Source of the DNA: Takakia lepidozioides
Lineage: Eukaryota; Plantae; Bryophyta
Direction of reading: 5' to 3'
Assembly: GCA_030704615.1 (NCBI GenBank)
Contig: CM060731.1
Span: forward strand, 46,376,001-46,440,000
DNA length: 64,000 nucleotides
Positions 23,901-37,076 of this stretch are shown one piece after another. Numbering within the stretch: position 1 is the first letter of the stretch; every line of letters starts with the position of its first letter. A model generated the notes under the pieces. The model did no database searches. It was not told where the DNA came from and worked only from the letters and a program-made list of their open reading frames with translations. Both the position numbers and the translations under genes were made by a program.

Positions 23901-26900
23901 TATTTTGTCCACTCATAAAGGAAATTAAAAAGATAATTACCTCCACTGAGGCCAAGAGGCCTCATGGGACAACACCAAAGCAAAGAGACATCAAAGCTGA
24001 ACATCATACACTTACCTGGACGCCTGTTTGCTGCAAGTCCATACCTATATAAAGATAGAAATGAGTTCGTGCGTGAACGTAGGGAGTAGTGCTGGAGTCG
24101 CTCCACCTCTAAAGCTGCCCCCAGTAGCACGCACTAGACTTAGGCTCATACAATAGTAGAAAACCACAGGTCCAGAAGCGTTTCTATGAATAAATGACAG
24201 CACTTGGTCCCTTAGCATGCATGCCCATATACTACAACAGATTTGTTTTTGAAATACAAGAATTCATGTAACAAGCAATACTAATCCCCTAAAAACGACT
24301 GGAATTTCAGTGATTGCACTAACCAAGACAGGCCTGAGAATAAGATTGAAGAGAATTTCTTCTTTCACTGTCCTCTGTATCATGAACCTGGGGTCACTAC
24401 TTTCCTCTCTTTAGGGAGACCCCCTTCCTAACAGAAAGTTCTTGATCAGGAGGATCAGACATGCCTTGCGGCATACGGGGCACCCCACCTTACAGAATCA
24501 GTCAGACATTCTGATTGTGTTATCACCTGTACTTTGAATGTCTCTAAGGAAATACTGATAGGCTGGGTAGTCCAACAAGCAGGCAGTTTGCTGTGGTTGG
24601 AGCAACAAGCACGCCGTGATTGTTCCTCACCTTTTTGGGTCTTTTTCAAGAGAGTCACAGTCTCCAGGAGCTCAATTTCGCTGGCTCTGAGCTGCACTTG
24701 CAATGACTCACCACTCCGCACTGCATTCTCTTTCTCCTCAAGCTGAAATGTGCCCAGGTCGACCAAAGAGTTACCCGTCTAACTATTAATAGAGATACAC
24801 TGAAGGCACACATAAGCCATATTTTGATGAACGTGCTCCACAAAGCCTCTGTTGGAGGCACCTCCAGAGTCAGGAGTAAAACTAAAATGGCCACTGCTGG
24901 GATCATCAGGCGAGTGTAAAATACTTCATTTCCAAGAACGTGCATCATGCTGCTTCCGCTTCTTATTCCATGTCGATACATTTAAGTTTCTGTGTCTAAT
25001 AATGCATGTGAGTTTTGAGCTATCTTTCACCAAAAGCTTTGCTGCATGGGACTGAAGTGTCAATATGCCAAGCTAGTGGGGACAGAGTTATAAGCCAAGA
25101 GTGTGTTGAAGGATATGAAAGGTGAACCACAGCTTACCGCATCCTTGATGGTCGCCTCAAGCTGATTGATTGTCAGCAAAAACTTTTTGTACTTGGAAGT
25201 CCATTCTTCTTTCTCTTCCAGGCTCACTTCCAGTTTCAACTCCTGGACAATGACCATAAAGATGAGGGCCAACTCGCTGTATCAACTTTTTGGTAGCCAG
25301 ATATAGGAGAGCAAGGCAGCAAGCTCTGTGATCAAGATACCATTAGCTGAACAGATGGTCCCACTGGGTGAAGCTCCCCCACAAGCCTTACAGCCTAAAC
25401 CCCCTTTACTCAGTGTGAAGTCTCGCTAATACTCAACAAAACATTACCAGTTGTATTAGTACACAGTGATTGCATCCTTGCTCATTCGAACAAGGCTGTG
25501 GCACTTTGATACCTACTCTAAGCTCCTCATAATTTACGACCACAAATGTGGTGCTTGAAGGTTCTATTCACATTGACTGGAGATGACTTCTTGGCTACAA
25601 TGGATCTTTTAGATTCCTGATTCTACCTCTGAAGTTGACTCTGAACTGCAATGGAAAAGATGAGGTAAAGTACTGCTTCTCGGAGAGCTCCCTCTTGCTG
25701 CTGGATGGTAGCCATCAGCCTCTTGAGCTCTGCAATCCACTGAGATTGTGGTTGCCGAGATACCTCCAACTCATTTTCCTACAAGAAAAGGAAAATATAA
25801 GAAGATATATATATATATTCTCCATCTCTCCACTTTTGACCTGAGTCATGCCCTCCATGTCAAAGGATCTGGTTTATTTCGCAGTGACTGAAGACAGCTT
25901 TATTGGAAGCACAAAGCATTTGTAAGGGTTCCGTCCTGTAAGATCATCTCAGGGATCCTGAAGAGAATAAACCTTCAATTGCAATTTGTGCTGGAGCATT
26001 AGGATCTCTCTTTGGCAAGACAGTTTCTCAACTCTTTCGTGCTCAACCTCTGCAGCCAGCACTAGCGATTTCTCCTCCTGCAAACTGCAAAGTCAAAGAC
26101 AGCATGCGTCACTACATGGTGTCCAGCTCACTCCGAAGACTTAGCTATGCACCAGAGTGCAACTGCATAGGCTGGCAGGCCAGTAGCCAGCTGGTGCGGT
26201 TGTCTGACTTGAAGGCTGATGCTAATCTCCACTTTTTGTCACCACACAAATGAATACTTGTGAATTTGATCTTCCTGATCAATGGAACCACACAATTGCC
26301 TTGATATTCTTACAAACTTTGTATTAAGAAAATGAGCAAACTCAAGAACCAATTTACTAAGTTAGTTGTATTACATACCTCATGAATTGTACAGGCCTGT
26401 CATTCAAGTGAGGCACATGGCTTAATGCTGCAATGTCTGAACTCTGCTGTTTCAATTTCTGCTCCAACTGCAGTCAGCCAAACCTGAAATTGGTCTACAA
26501 TCATCCCCCTAGATTGTTTTTCAACGAATTATAGAAAGAATCACCGCTCAATCACTGGTTACAATGCATGAGAAAATGTCCTCAAACCTCGCCATCATGC
26601 CTACACACCGAATATGGACTCCCTTTTCACCAGTTTGCAGAAAATTAGTGACGCAACATTTTCTAGATGCAGCCTTACAATGGCAATCTTTGCAGAATTC
26701 GACTACTAGATAGGTGTAAGAGGGGAGGACTGTGTTCCACCAACAAGTCAGAAGTTGTTCAAACAACATTCTTGCTCACATTGGCTTTCTCTGTATATCA
26801 AACTACCTCGTGTTGATAAGCCCATATAGACTGAATGTTTGACCTTGAGAGAAGCTATCCCAGAAACACCCGGCCAGGGACTAAGACTCTATCGTAAATT

Positions 26901-29900
26901 ATTCATCTACCAAAGATGTGAGTGAAATTTGAAAAGGATGGCAAGAGAGTATAGCCCTGCGCTAATCCCTAATCTATGAGGAATGATTTACAACTTCTTG
27001 CCAGTGGCAAAGACGGAGTTCTGCATACTCTCGTATCTATGACTTGCCTTATTTAACCTCAGATCCTGGAGCCCCAAAGCCAACTCCACAGTCCCGTATC
27101 CTACCTAGACTTAGCCTTAGCCCTTTTTTCCTCCCTACAACGTCTGACTGCTTTTAAGTTTTGCAGGTCTTCTTACTTCAGTCAGAAAACCAATGGTGGG
27201 TGAGAAACCAGTCAACATAACCCCTGTCGTTGCCCTTCATGGAGTGCTCCATACTCTTTGGGACAACGTAACTCTAACAACCCTATTGGCAAAAAGAGAG
27301 ACATCAATGATTTATGCAAGAGTTTTGGAATAACATACATCTTTAATGGTGTTAAGAAGAGTTAAGCGTTGGTCTTCCTCGGCACTGAGGCGATGGTGGA
27401 GGGCATGCACCAGTTGCTTGTCACTGCGTGCAGATGCAAGCTCAATGGCCATGGAAACCTGTTCCTCTTTCATTTTGGCGCGTTCACCTGCCATGTATCA
27501 AATGGAGCTGTACAGTTGGAGAGTATGACCCAATGTAATAAGGAAACCTTAAGGTTGTGGTTGGGCATGATCATTTTAGCCTATTAGCGCCACTATGAAG
27601 CCTGCAGGGGTTTTTCCCCTAACAGGGGTGTCTCTGAAGGAGGTCGAATGTTGTGCACAATTTTTATCCAAGCAACAGATGAGAGGGAACCAAGCACACA
27701 CAACATTGATGTACACATACATTCATGTCCCTCCTCGGCCAGAAATCATACAAGAAAATTGCAGAAACAGCCACAGGATGCACAGAGGAGCAGTGAAGTA
27801 GAGGTATGCTAAAGAGTACCCTCAAGAAGAGCATGATCAGACTGGAGTTGCTCACGGAGGCCCTTATATTGGTCCTCTAGTTCTTTCCTTCTCCTGTCTC
27901 ACCCAAGCACCAACCAGTCTCCAACTCAGAGTCCGACATTAGGCCCCCAGCAGAGCTGACTGGCGGCTGCTAGTGTTCAAATGTTTTAAAAGCCCTGATT
28001 CAATTTACACAAATGCAGAATGCCTGAGCTGCTCATTAATCACAAAATAGTCCTAGCTGCTTCCCCAGCTCAATACATTTCACGGAATAACTAGGAAGTG
28101 GGAAATAGGGAGTTGACAGTAAAAAAATTTATAACGTCTTTCCTCTGTCTATCGGAGAGAATGAAATGACATGAAATGTACTTTATAACGTCCCCGCAGA
28201 AAGCTTATGCAAGGGATTGTCTAAGAGTCAACACCTCATGCAGATATGCTGCTAAGCATACTATCATTGAGAAATGAAATGAAATGAAATGGTACTTCAT
28301 AACGTCCACGGAAAGCTCAAAGAGATTTGCCGTCTCTTTGGTGGAAATGACATGGCCCATTTTACTAATCATATCCACCACCACGATTGTTGCGCATAAG
28401 ACGTTGTTTGCCGTAGCCTTGTGGCCATTGACCCCGCGCCCAGTTTGAGCGGGAACAAAAGGGACAGAACCTACCTCTGTCAGGGGCTGACGTTGGTAGT
28501 AAGACTTACCTCCATATAAAGAATTAATCCGGGTTTTCCAGATATCCTCTAGAAATCCCTTCACACAAGCATCAATCTGCTGTGTGTGATTTGCCCAAAA
28601 ACTAGGCCTCAGGAGGGCCTGGGCTTTTGGCTCAGCCTCGAGACTTTCAAAGTTGGTAAACAGGGGTACAGGCACAATTCCCTTAATAGATTTGAAGAGA
28701 GCGTCTCTTTGGTGAGAGAACCCCGGACAGTGTATCAGAAAATGAATACTGTCTTCAGATTGCCCACACAACGGGCAATTGCACTCTCCCTTTCCTCTCT
28801 GCTTCTGTTTGCTGTTCAAAGGTAGGCTTCCTGCCCTGAGTTTAAATTTCAGTCTAGTGCCGAGAGTGGGTAGACCCTTGAGGTCATCCAAGATGTCCTC
28901 CCCCATGTCACAGACTGGAACCAAGTTCAGGGAAGTTTTCTGCCTAACTTCATTTTCATCAGACAATCTCATGGCAACAGACATGGCTGAGGACACTACA
29001 GCCTCTAAGTCAGATTTATCCAGCAGGGTCAAGACTTGCGGATCCAGGTCCAGGTCCTTGAGGATCTCTTCTACTCTCTTCTGCCAGGACTTAGCCTGTT
29101 TGACAGGGCGGTCCTGTTTCCAAGATATAGAGTCGATTAACTTAGGATATCTGGTGTTGGGCATATGTTGCAGCTGACCCCACCATCTGACCTTGAATTC
29201 ATCTCGTCGGGAGCTTAAGGACGGAATGCCAAACTCACCCCGAACAGCCACATTGGCTGTTTTGGAGCATGCTGACATACACTCCTTAAGCACCCCCACT
29301 TGAATGGATTCTAGAGACTTAGCCTGGTTGGAGTTATCAACCCATATAGCAGATCCGTACTCCAAGGCAGGTCTAATAACGCGACAAAGCATGGTTTTCT
29401 TAACCTCAGAGTTGACCCCTCTGCAGTGGAAAAATTTAGTGAGCCCCAGAGCTTTGCCCTTGCCAGTTTGAACAACTTTCCGGATATGTGCATCCCAATT
29501 ACAATTGGAGGAGAACTCAACGCCCAGGTAAGTGTAGGAAGGGAGGACCGGGATCTCTTGGCTACCCCACTGCCACTTAAGATCACTTCCTCCCTCTCCT
29601 CTGTCGTTGAATGCTACCACTGCACATTTGCTGACATTAGCCTCTAGCCCCCAAAGATCAAAGTATCTCTTCGCGCAATCAATCAACTCCTGGAGATTGG
29701 TTGGAGTCTCCCCTATGCCTGCGAAGTCATCCGCAAACATAAGGGCTGGTATGGTGGTATCACCCACCCTTAACCCAAATCCCTCACTTTCCACATCCTC
29801 GAGGAGTTGATTGATGAAAACATTGAAGAGCAGAGGGGAGAGAGTACATCCTTGAGCTACACCTTGGTCTATGTCAAAGAAGTTGGACTTCTGTCCATTA

Positions 29901-32900
29901 ACAGTGACACAGCTTTTGGTGTGAGCATACAAGTTGTGGACAACTCCCCACATCTTTCCCTTGATCCCACAAGACCAGAGGCGGAACCATAGGCCATCTC
30001 TCCACACTGTGTCATAAGCCTTTTTGACATCCAGGAAAAAGACATAAGTGGGTTTCCCTTCTTTTTTCCTTCCCTGGATAATCTGGCTTAGAGTGAAGAT
30101 ATGATCCACACAGCCCCTGTTTCGCCGAAAGCCAGCTTGGCCTTCGTGGAAACAACCTCTAGACTCCAGATCAACCTCGAGACGAGTACTTATAACTCTG
30201 CAGAATGTCTTGCCAACAGCATTGAGGAGCGTGATGCAACGGTAGTTCCCCGGTTCTTCTCTGTCACCCTTCTTGTATAGATTGACAATGACCCCTGTCG
30301 CCAGCGAAAGGGGATCATTTCAGTCTTCCAGATAAGGTTAAAGAGGAGAACTAGGGCCTCTATCATGGGATCGCCACCGTGCTTGATAAGCTCGTTGACA
30401 ATACCATCAGGTCCACCAGCTTTATATCCATTTAAATGTTCAAAGCTCAAAGAGATTATGGGACAAAATGGGAAAAAACACAAGAGAGAGGAGACAAAAC
30501 CCAAGCCAAAAAGCAGCCCAAAAGCAACTACTGCTCAAGGGATTGCCTAAGGGTCAAGGCCTCGTGCAGGTAAGCTGCCAAGCATTTCTGATCCTCATAA
30601 TGGAAGACTTCAGTGAGAGGTTGGGTCCCACAGAATAGACAGTGGAATCTCCCACGGATCTCATAATACAGAGGGCAATAAAAGAAGAGGCGTTCTTCAG
30701 TTTCAACTTCCTGGTTGCGCCCGGAAGGAGAGACACTGACAGATTTTTGTGACTTGAAAACAAACAAAGAGGAAAAGAGAACGGATATAGAAAGCCCCAT
30801 AGGAAGTGCTCTGACAAGATGGTCCTTTTAGTAACTAGTTTATAATGTCCACTGAAAAACAGCCAAGGATATGAACATACAAAGCAGCACTATCGTCAGC
30901 TTGGGTATATAGATTCTCACGAATACGTCCAATTTCCTCCTCCTTAACCTTCAATGCTAGCTCTCTCTCATCTAGTTTCTCCGCTCGCCTTCCCTGCAGG
31001 CAAGAAATGAAATGAAATAAAATGAAGTGGTACTTTATAACGTCCACAGAAAGCTCAAAGAGCTTATGGGGCAAAATGGGAAAAACAAGAGAGAGGAAAC
31101 AAAACCAGAGCCAGAAAACACCCCAAAAGCAACTACTGCTCAAGGGAATGTCTAAAGAAAGTGTACTGCTTCTGGTCACAGTGGCAAATGCCGTAGCTAC
31201 TCGGACAATCAGAGGAATGAATATGCACAGGTTCAACTTTAGGTGACGGCATGTTCCTGGGAAAAGTACAGAAGGCCTGCCACATAAGACACTGACAATA
31301 CCCCCATCCAGCTTACACATCGACAGGTATGAACAATTTTAATTTGCAAGCGACATGTGCACTTCTTGTTTGGCAAATTGGTTAAGGAAAGCCACAGATA
31401 GATCAAAGGGGTGGGGTCCTTGCTTGCATTTCCTTGATGTGCCTTAGCTTTTCTTCACGATCTCGAAGACTGCTGATGTCTCTCAGAATTTTCTGCCTTT
31501 GCTCATATGCTGCTGCCTCAATGGCCTGCAACAACAGTCACATCTTGCATGTCTATCATCTATAGTTTCAAGAACCCCATAGCAATGTCTGTTGGATTTT
31601 CAAGAACTCGTGCTTTACTGGTAGACAATATTACAAGTTCAGATATTCTGCAATTGGAGCAAACTGACATGAAAGGAGAAACTTAGGACTGGAGGAGCAA
31701 TTGACCTTTTCCTTCGCTAGCAAACGCTCCAGGAGACATTCCTCACGACCTCGTATTCGGTCCAGTCGAGATTTGTGGATCTCTTCCAACTCCTCTCGAT
31801 CCCTTGCAAGCTGCCTGTGCTCTTGTTGAGAAAGGACAAACGAGACAGTGGAATAGACCTTCCAAGAAAGGACCCAAGTTGTCACCATCTACCTTAAGGA
31901 ATTCCGAGCAACCAAGCAATCAAGGAATATAAACTTCCAATGGCTGAATAATCGATTTTGGCTGTCCATGATCAAGGTGCCTAGTTGATCCTAAGAAGGT
32001 ACAAATTGAGATGATAGTGATGATAGTGAACCTCCGATAGCGTGCAGACTCTTCCATCCGCACAGAACTGATTTCAAAATCCCGAACTCTACCAACCTGG
32101 GCCCATCCAAAGGAACACAGTATCAGACCCAGAGCTCACCTTTTATTGAGTTTTCTGCTTTGATCCATCGCTCATCTTTGAGCCACAACAAAGAAAAATA
32201 ATTGTCTATGTTATCCAAGCTATATCATATGTGGTCAAGGCAATCCAGGAATTTCTGGCTTTTTTAAGGCATTGGCATGTGAAAGTTGATTCATTCTACA
32301 TTGCAAATTGAACATCACACAACCACACCACCTAAGGATATTCTTAAAGCTTATTTTTCACCTGCTTGGCTAGACGGTTACCATATGCTTGCATCAGTGA
32401 TGGGTTGTTTGAGTTTCAATCCCCAAGTCTTTATGCCAGAGGTAGTATTTACATTTATTTTCTTTCAGGGAGGTCAAATCTAGACCTGCATCGCCACCTC
32501 AGCATGAACGCGGGCATCAAATTCCTGGTGTAACACATTCATGCGATCTTCAAGTGAGTGAAATGGGAGTATACGCTGGGCTTCCTTCTTCATTATGTAA
32601 GCATCATCAACCTCCTTCATGTAGCTCTCTGTTAACAGAAGCCACCCATACTATGTGTTGAGTGTGACCTTGGTTTTGTTAGACAAGCTAACATTGCTAG
32701 AGGTGACAGGAGGTTGTCAAATTGTTACATCTCATCAAATGGGGTGGATGGTCTCTCTGTTTAATCTGTCTACCTCCCTATCTCGCTCACCCCTTCTGTT
32801 CTATCCTCCCTGTACTGACAAGTGCGTCCACATATCGAGCACTGCAGCAGTTTCTCCCTGAACCTGGAAACAGGAAGGCAGAAGTGGTGCACTAGCCCTT

Positions 32901-34834
32901 CTGAGATGATGAAAACGTGCATTTTCCCCTTCATTTTATTTTTTTATTGCCTGATATGTCAGATGGATCCAACTGGCAGCGGAACACTTAGTATGATCAT
33001 CATGATTATTGAGTTTGAGAGCCTAACTATTGAATTCCTAAAGTTATTGAGCACTCTGCAGTAAACGTCAAAAGTGTACCAAGATTTTGAGGGCGACTGT
33101 CAGCAGTTTGAGTGGAGGCTTCTTGGGTGTTGGTTCGGAAGGGCATCTGCTGCAGCACCATCACCAGCTGTTGTGCCAGACAACCTTTCACTTGTGGTGC
33201 CTGCCATGGTTGACTTGGCAACTTTAAGATTTGCCAGAGGAGGGGTGGATAAAATATGTTCTAAATCAAGGTGCAAATCTTTTCTTTGAAAGGGTCCAGA
33301 TCCCTGAATTGTTAAGGAGGGACCAGAATTAGGTGCCAAAAACACCCTGGCAAAGCCTTGCAACACAAGTGAATCCCTCAGTCCTCAACAACATTGTCAT
33401 CAGAGAGAAAACAACCCAACCCAGCCATTCTTGTAAGAATGGCCAGCCTTATCGTCTGCCGTAATTAACGGTGAAACCTGCTGTTAAGCTTTTGCAGTCT
33501 TCACAGCTGAAGGCCCCTGACAAGGTGAAGTTAAGAAGAAAATTTAGGCAGGACAGGGACAAAGAAAGATTCCGGGAGAAGGCAGGAAGGGGCAAGGGAC
33601 AGAGGAAAGAAACACTCACAATTTTCAAGCGATGGTGCAAAGCTGAAGATGCGTCCAAGTGCAAGAGCTGTAGCATCTCCTGATATGAAAAGGGAGGCCA
33701 CACCACCATTTGGCTCTCTGGCAGGAAAACCGATAGGGTGAAGGTGTAGCCATAAGTCCCCAGATAATCCAGGAAAAGGCTGCTCAGCAGCCTCTCCGTC
33801 AGTGATGGCTTTTGGTTTTTGTTCTTGCAATCCAACAGGGCTCCATCACGCTCTCTTAGGTGATCAAGTAGGCGCGCACGCAGCTGGCTCTGTCCACCCT
33901 CCAGACCAGGAAAAAGTACACAATTTGGGTAAGGTCCTCCACTTGAAGTATTACAGTCAGCTCCTTGCTCTAATAAGCAATGCAGACTTCCAGTATGATT
34001 ATCCAATGAAGGCAGTCTGTGAACTACACTGATCTTTGGTTACTTTCCTGATTGGTCCCAAGACCGACAGGTCAATGAAAATGATGTCGTTAGCCAACAC
34101 TCCAAGACAACAAGGACTTTAGGTCACTCACTCTTTGTTTCAGTGGTTCTGTCCGTTGAGCCCTATGGGCCTCCTCTGTCCTGTTTTCTCTATTTTTGGT
34201 CCCATAAGCTCACTGAGCTTCCTCCTTCTTGCTTTCTTTCTCTTCTTCTTTGTTTCCCTTGAGCAATAGTTTCTTTTCATTTCTTCTTCTTGTCCCATAA
34301 GCTCTTTGGGCTTCCCGCAGACGTTATAAAGTAACATTTCATTTCTTGTTTATGTTTTCTCTTGTCCCCGAAGCTCTTTGAGCTTTACGCGGACATTATA
34401 AAGTATAGTTTCTTTTCTTCTCCGTCTTCTCTAGATGGTTGTCCCATCATTATCCATTGACACTTCCAAAGCACACAAAAGACAGTCTAAGTGTCACCTC
34501 CCCACCCCCAAAACTACTCTATTTTGATAATGTAAGCAAAATTGGCCTATTAAGTTAGTCACTGCCATTTAGAAGCTGTAAGAATTAATGACTGGAAAGA
34601 TTTCCAGCTTTCTTGATTTGAACAGCTTCAGGTGTCCAGGTCCTGTCCGAAAAGCTGTGTTTCTACTCTCCGGGAGGATCTATACATAACCTTTGAAGCT
34701 CCCTCTCTGTAAACCACATCTATTAGACAAACATCACTAACCTTAAGAGAGTCCAGGATGCCAGTACAGCGCAATGCATTGAAGAGCTGCTTTCTCAAAT
34801 CCTCTTTTGAAAGCTCGTCCTGAACTTCTTCCAT
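17989..34834 (-). CDS. OFD1: OFD1-like centriole/basal-body protein (N-terminal LisH, coiled coils, long low-complexity C-terminus), multi-exon
   Basis: Exon 1 34742-34834 LSKEDLRKQLFNALRCTGILDSLK. Exon 2 SQLRARLLDHL...SLFLDYLGTYGYTFTLSVFLPES (LisH). Coiled-coil exons near 32486-32628, 32031-32097, 31706-31820, 31440-31526, 30880-30995, 27339-27490, 25974-26080, 25137-25240, 24527-24737. Large exon ~19474-22037. Putative last exon 17989-18069 EESQVQEHVAKHILSKYMHAAGSKTK*. Internal exon boundaries are approximate and the 3' end is less certain. Confidence 0.8.
26550..27290 (-). mobile_element. Old decayed LINE reverse-transcriptase fragment in an OFD1 intron
   Basis: LHEGQ, GLWSWLWG, GLAQGYTLLP and VLPSYTYLVVEF align in order with the younger LINE at 28400-30425. 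Confidence 0.7.
28400..30425 (-). mobile_element. 5'-truncated non-LTR retrotransposon (LINE, RTE/RTEX-like): RT plus C-terminal CCHC finger
   Basis: KAGGPDGI, NYRCITLL, EGQAGFR, FLDVKKAYDTV, GVAQGCTLSPLLF, MFADD, YTYLG, CPLCGQSEDSIHFLIHC. One frameshift near 30290. No endonuclease domain present. Confidence 0.93.
30445..30720 (-). mobile_element. 3' fragment of a second LINE family (ORF C-terminus and 3' UTR)
   Basis: VETEERLFFYCPLYYEIRGRFHCLF...DQKCLAAYLHEALTLRQSLEQ*. Related 3' ends with GGACGTTATAAAGTA(CATTT)n tails occur at ~28160-28325 (-), ~31005-31150 (-) and ~34140-34420 (+). Confidence 0.75.
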
Positions 34835-35606
34835 TTTATGTATTCCGCTCTTGACTTTCTCCGTTGCTTATTGCCTTTATTATGAACTGGATACCTGTCT
34901 CACATATCGAATTTCAAATTCAATGCAATTGCTGCACACATGAGAGACGCTACCAGCGTATTGTCACATGCCGATGCTCCTCGCACTTCCGGCTTTCAGT
35001 CATCAAGAAGAAGCCAAGTCTGCATCAAAGATCCTTTCTTCCTCGACCGTTTCTTTGCAAAGATACTTTCTTCGTCCACCGTTCATTTTCGTCCCTTATT
35101 TGCTAAACTGTCTACCCTCCCTTTCTTTTTTCAGTTATTCTAATTTTCTTGACAGTTTATTGGCTCAGTCTTCCTAGACTACCAAAACCCATCGATAATG
35201 ACCATGGAACAGGATCAAAATTTCAAATAGTTCAAGTACCTCGCTTGGCACCGGGCTGTGGCTTAGTGGCGCCCGACTGAGTGACCTTCATCCTGCCTCC
35301 TGGTGTGTTTTCTTTTGCACGCCTTTGGATCTTGACATATTCACAGAGTTCACTCCTATGTCTGCATGCATTTGCTCATGGGAATTGTTGTCACTGTGAG
35401 TTTCTTCTATTTTGTTGTGCTTACAGAAAATAACCAAGCCACATGTGGCTGCAGTTCATCCCATTGGCTCATAATTGGAAGGTCTTTGTTTTCCCATCAA
35501 TGCAGTTTTCATGCTTTTCTCATCTTCAGCTGTTAGGGGTCAGTATTGTAGCTGCACAATGTTTTGTTTTTTTGGTCATTGTAACATCACATGCTCGTTT
35601 GCTCAG

Positions 35607-36420
35607 GTTTGCGGTGGCTTGGTATCCCATCTACGTGATACCTGATGGCTCACTACGATCAGTCTTTTTGACGTACCCATTCATTGAACCATTGTGTCTG
35701 GAGTAGCAATTTGTGTCATGCTCTGGGTGAATCTGGTTGTCCGCCTGATGGCCGCCTGTCTTTTCCGGTGGTTGGTCTTGAATGCTACAATACCCAGGTC
35801 TCTCTCTTTGCACCAGTGGACTTTATATATTTCATTTCGCACTTCTTGCCTTCGTTCTCTCACTCCCCGATGTCGTTCACATCATGCCCCCAGTGTGATG
35901 TTAATGCCATCCTTTCAATCACCGAACTCGTGTAAGCAGATTCTTGAACAGCAATTCAATTTCGGGATGAACCTCCAACCCAGTGTGTTAAGAACCCACC
36001 AGGTGGCAGGCTCCATGAGGTTTATTACACAATCGGAACTTTGCCCTCAGGGTTCCACGCAGAAAATAGCTAAAATTTGGGTGTCCCTGGTACAATTTAC
36101 CTCCAATCAATAGTGAAGTGGGAAAGGCATGATGCTAAACGTGTGGTTATGCCCTTATGGACACTGATACATCTTGAGGGTGTAGTTGGTTTGTTTTTTT
36201 CTGGTTTTCCCAGTGGGTTGCTCTCTACTTTAGAATCAGGTCATTACAAAGGGTATGATCTTCAGGACTTATTTGTGTACTATAGTATTTTTTGCATTGC
36301 TAACTCTGTCTGAGAAATCTGGTATTGCCTTCGGGTGGAGCGCTGGCCCAGACTCTCAGGGAGCGCTTGTGCTCTTTAGTCGTAGACAGGAAGAAGTGTA
36401 CAAATGGAGACTACATTAGA
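35607..36420 (+). pseudogene. DUF789-family C-terminal gene fragment
   Basis: Exon 35607-35797 FAVAWYPIYVIPDGSLRSVFLTY(+1 frameshift)HSL...SFPVVGLECYNTQ. A later LRERLCSL..DY fragment lies at ~36350-36415. Confidence 0.75.
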
Positions 36421-37076
36421 GCTGTTGCAAAATCTTTTACCTCTCCAATTTTTGAGGTGTATTTTCTTACTTGTCTTAAGATAGTAGCTGGACTCATTTG
36501 TAGTCAAAAGTCATGTTGGGTTTATGTAGCAAGAACATAGTGTGGGAGGATTGCATTTGGTTCTGTTCTGGCATGTAGCTTGTGACTAGTGTGGGTCACC
36601 TTTCACTGGTACTATATTCCGAGCTAACAAGTTCAATGATCATCACACATTGAACTAGGCAGCCTGTTAAAATCCTTCTCTCTTTCCCAATATACACATC
36701 TCTGTGTAGTCCAACTCTTCCACCATGCATCAATTTGCTTCAGCATGATGTTAGTCTGAAGTGTAGAATCTATTGTCAGATCAATCAAAGCTACACAAGT
36801 ACCAAATTAGTAATGCTGCCAGCTACTTGATGGGCTATCGATGGTGTGATGGTACAATGTCTGCCTCGTACTGTAGGGTGAAAATCTGCAACAGTGATGA
36901 ATAGTGATATCAGCTCGAGCCACTGGGACTGTCTTACTGTGAGGTGGTGAGCATTTCCTCGCCACAGCAACCTGGGATTTATGTTTGAGACTTGAAGTCA
37001 TCATAACATTGCAGATGCTGAAGGATAGCTTGCTCTCTGCATTTGGCTGAGACTCGTTCGCGGGTTGTGAATCATT

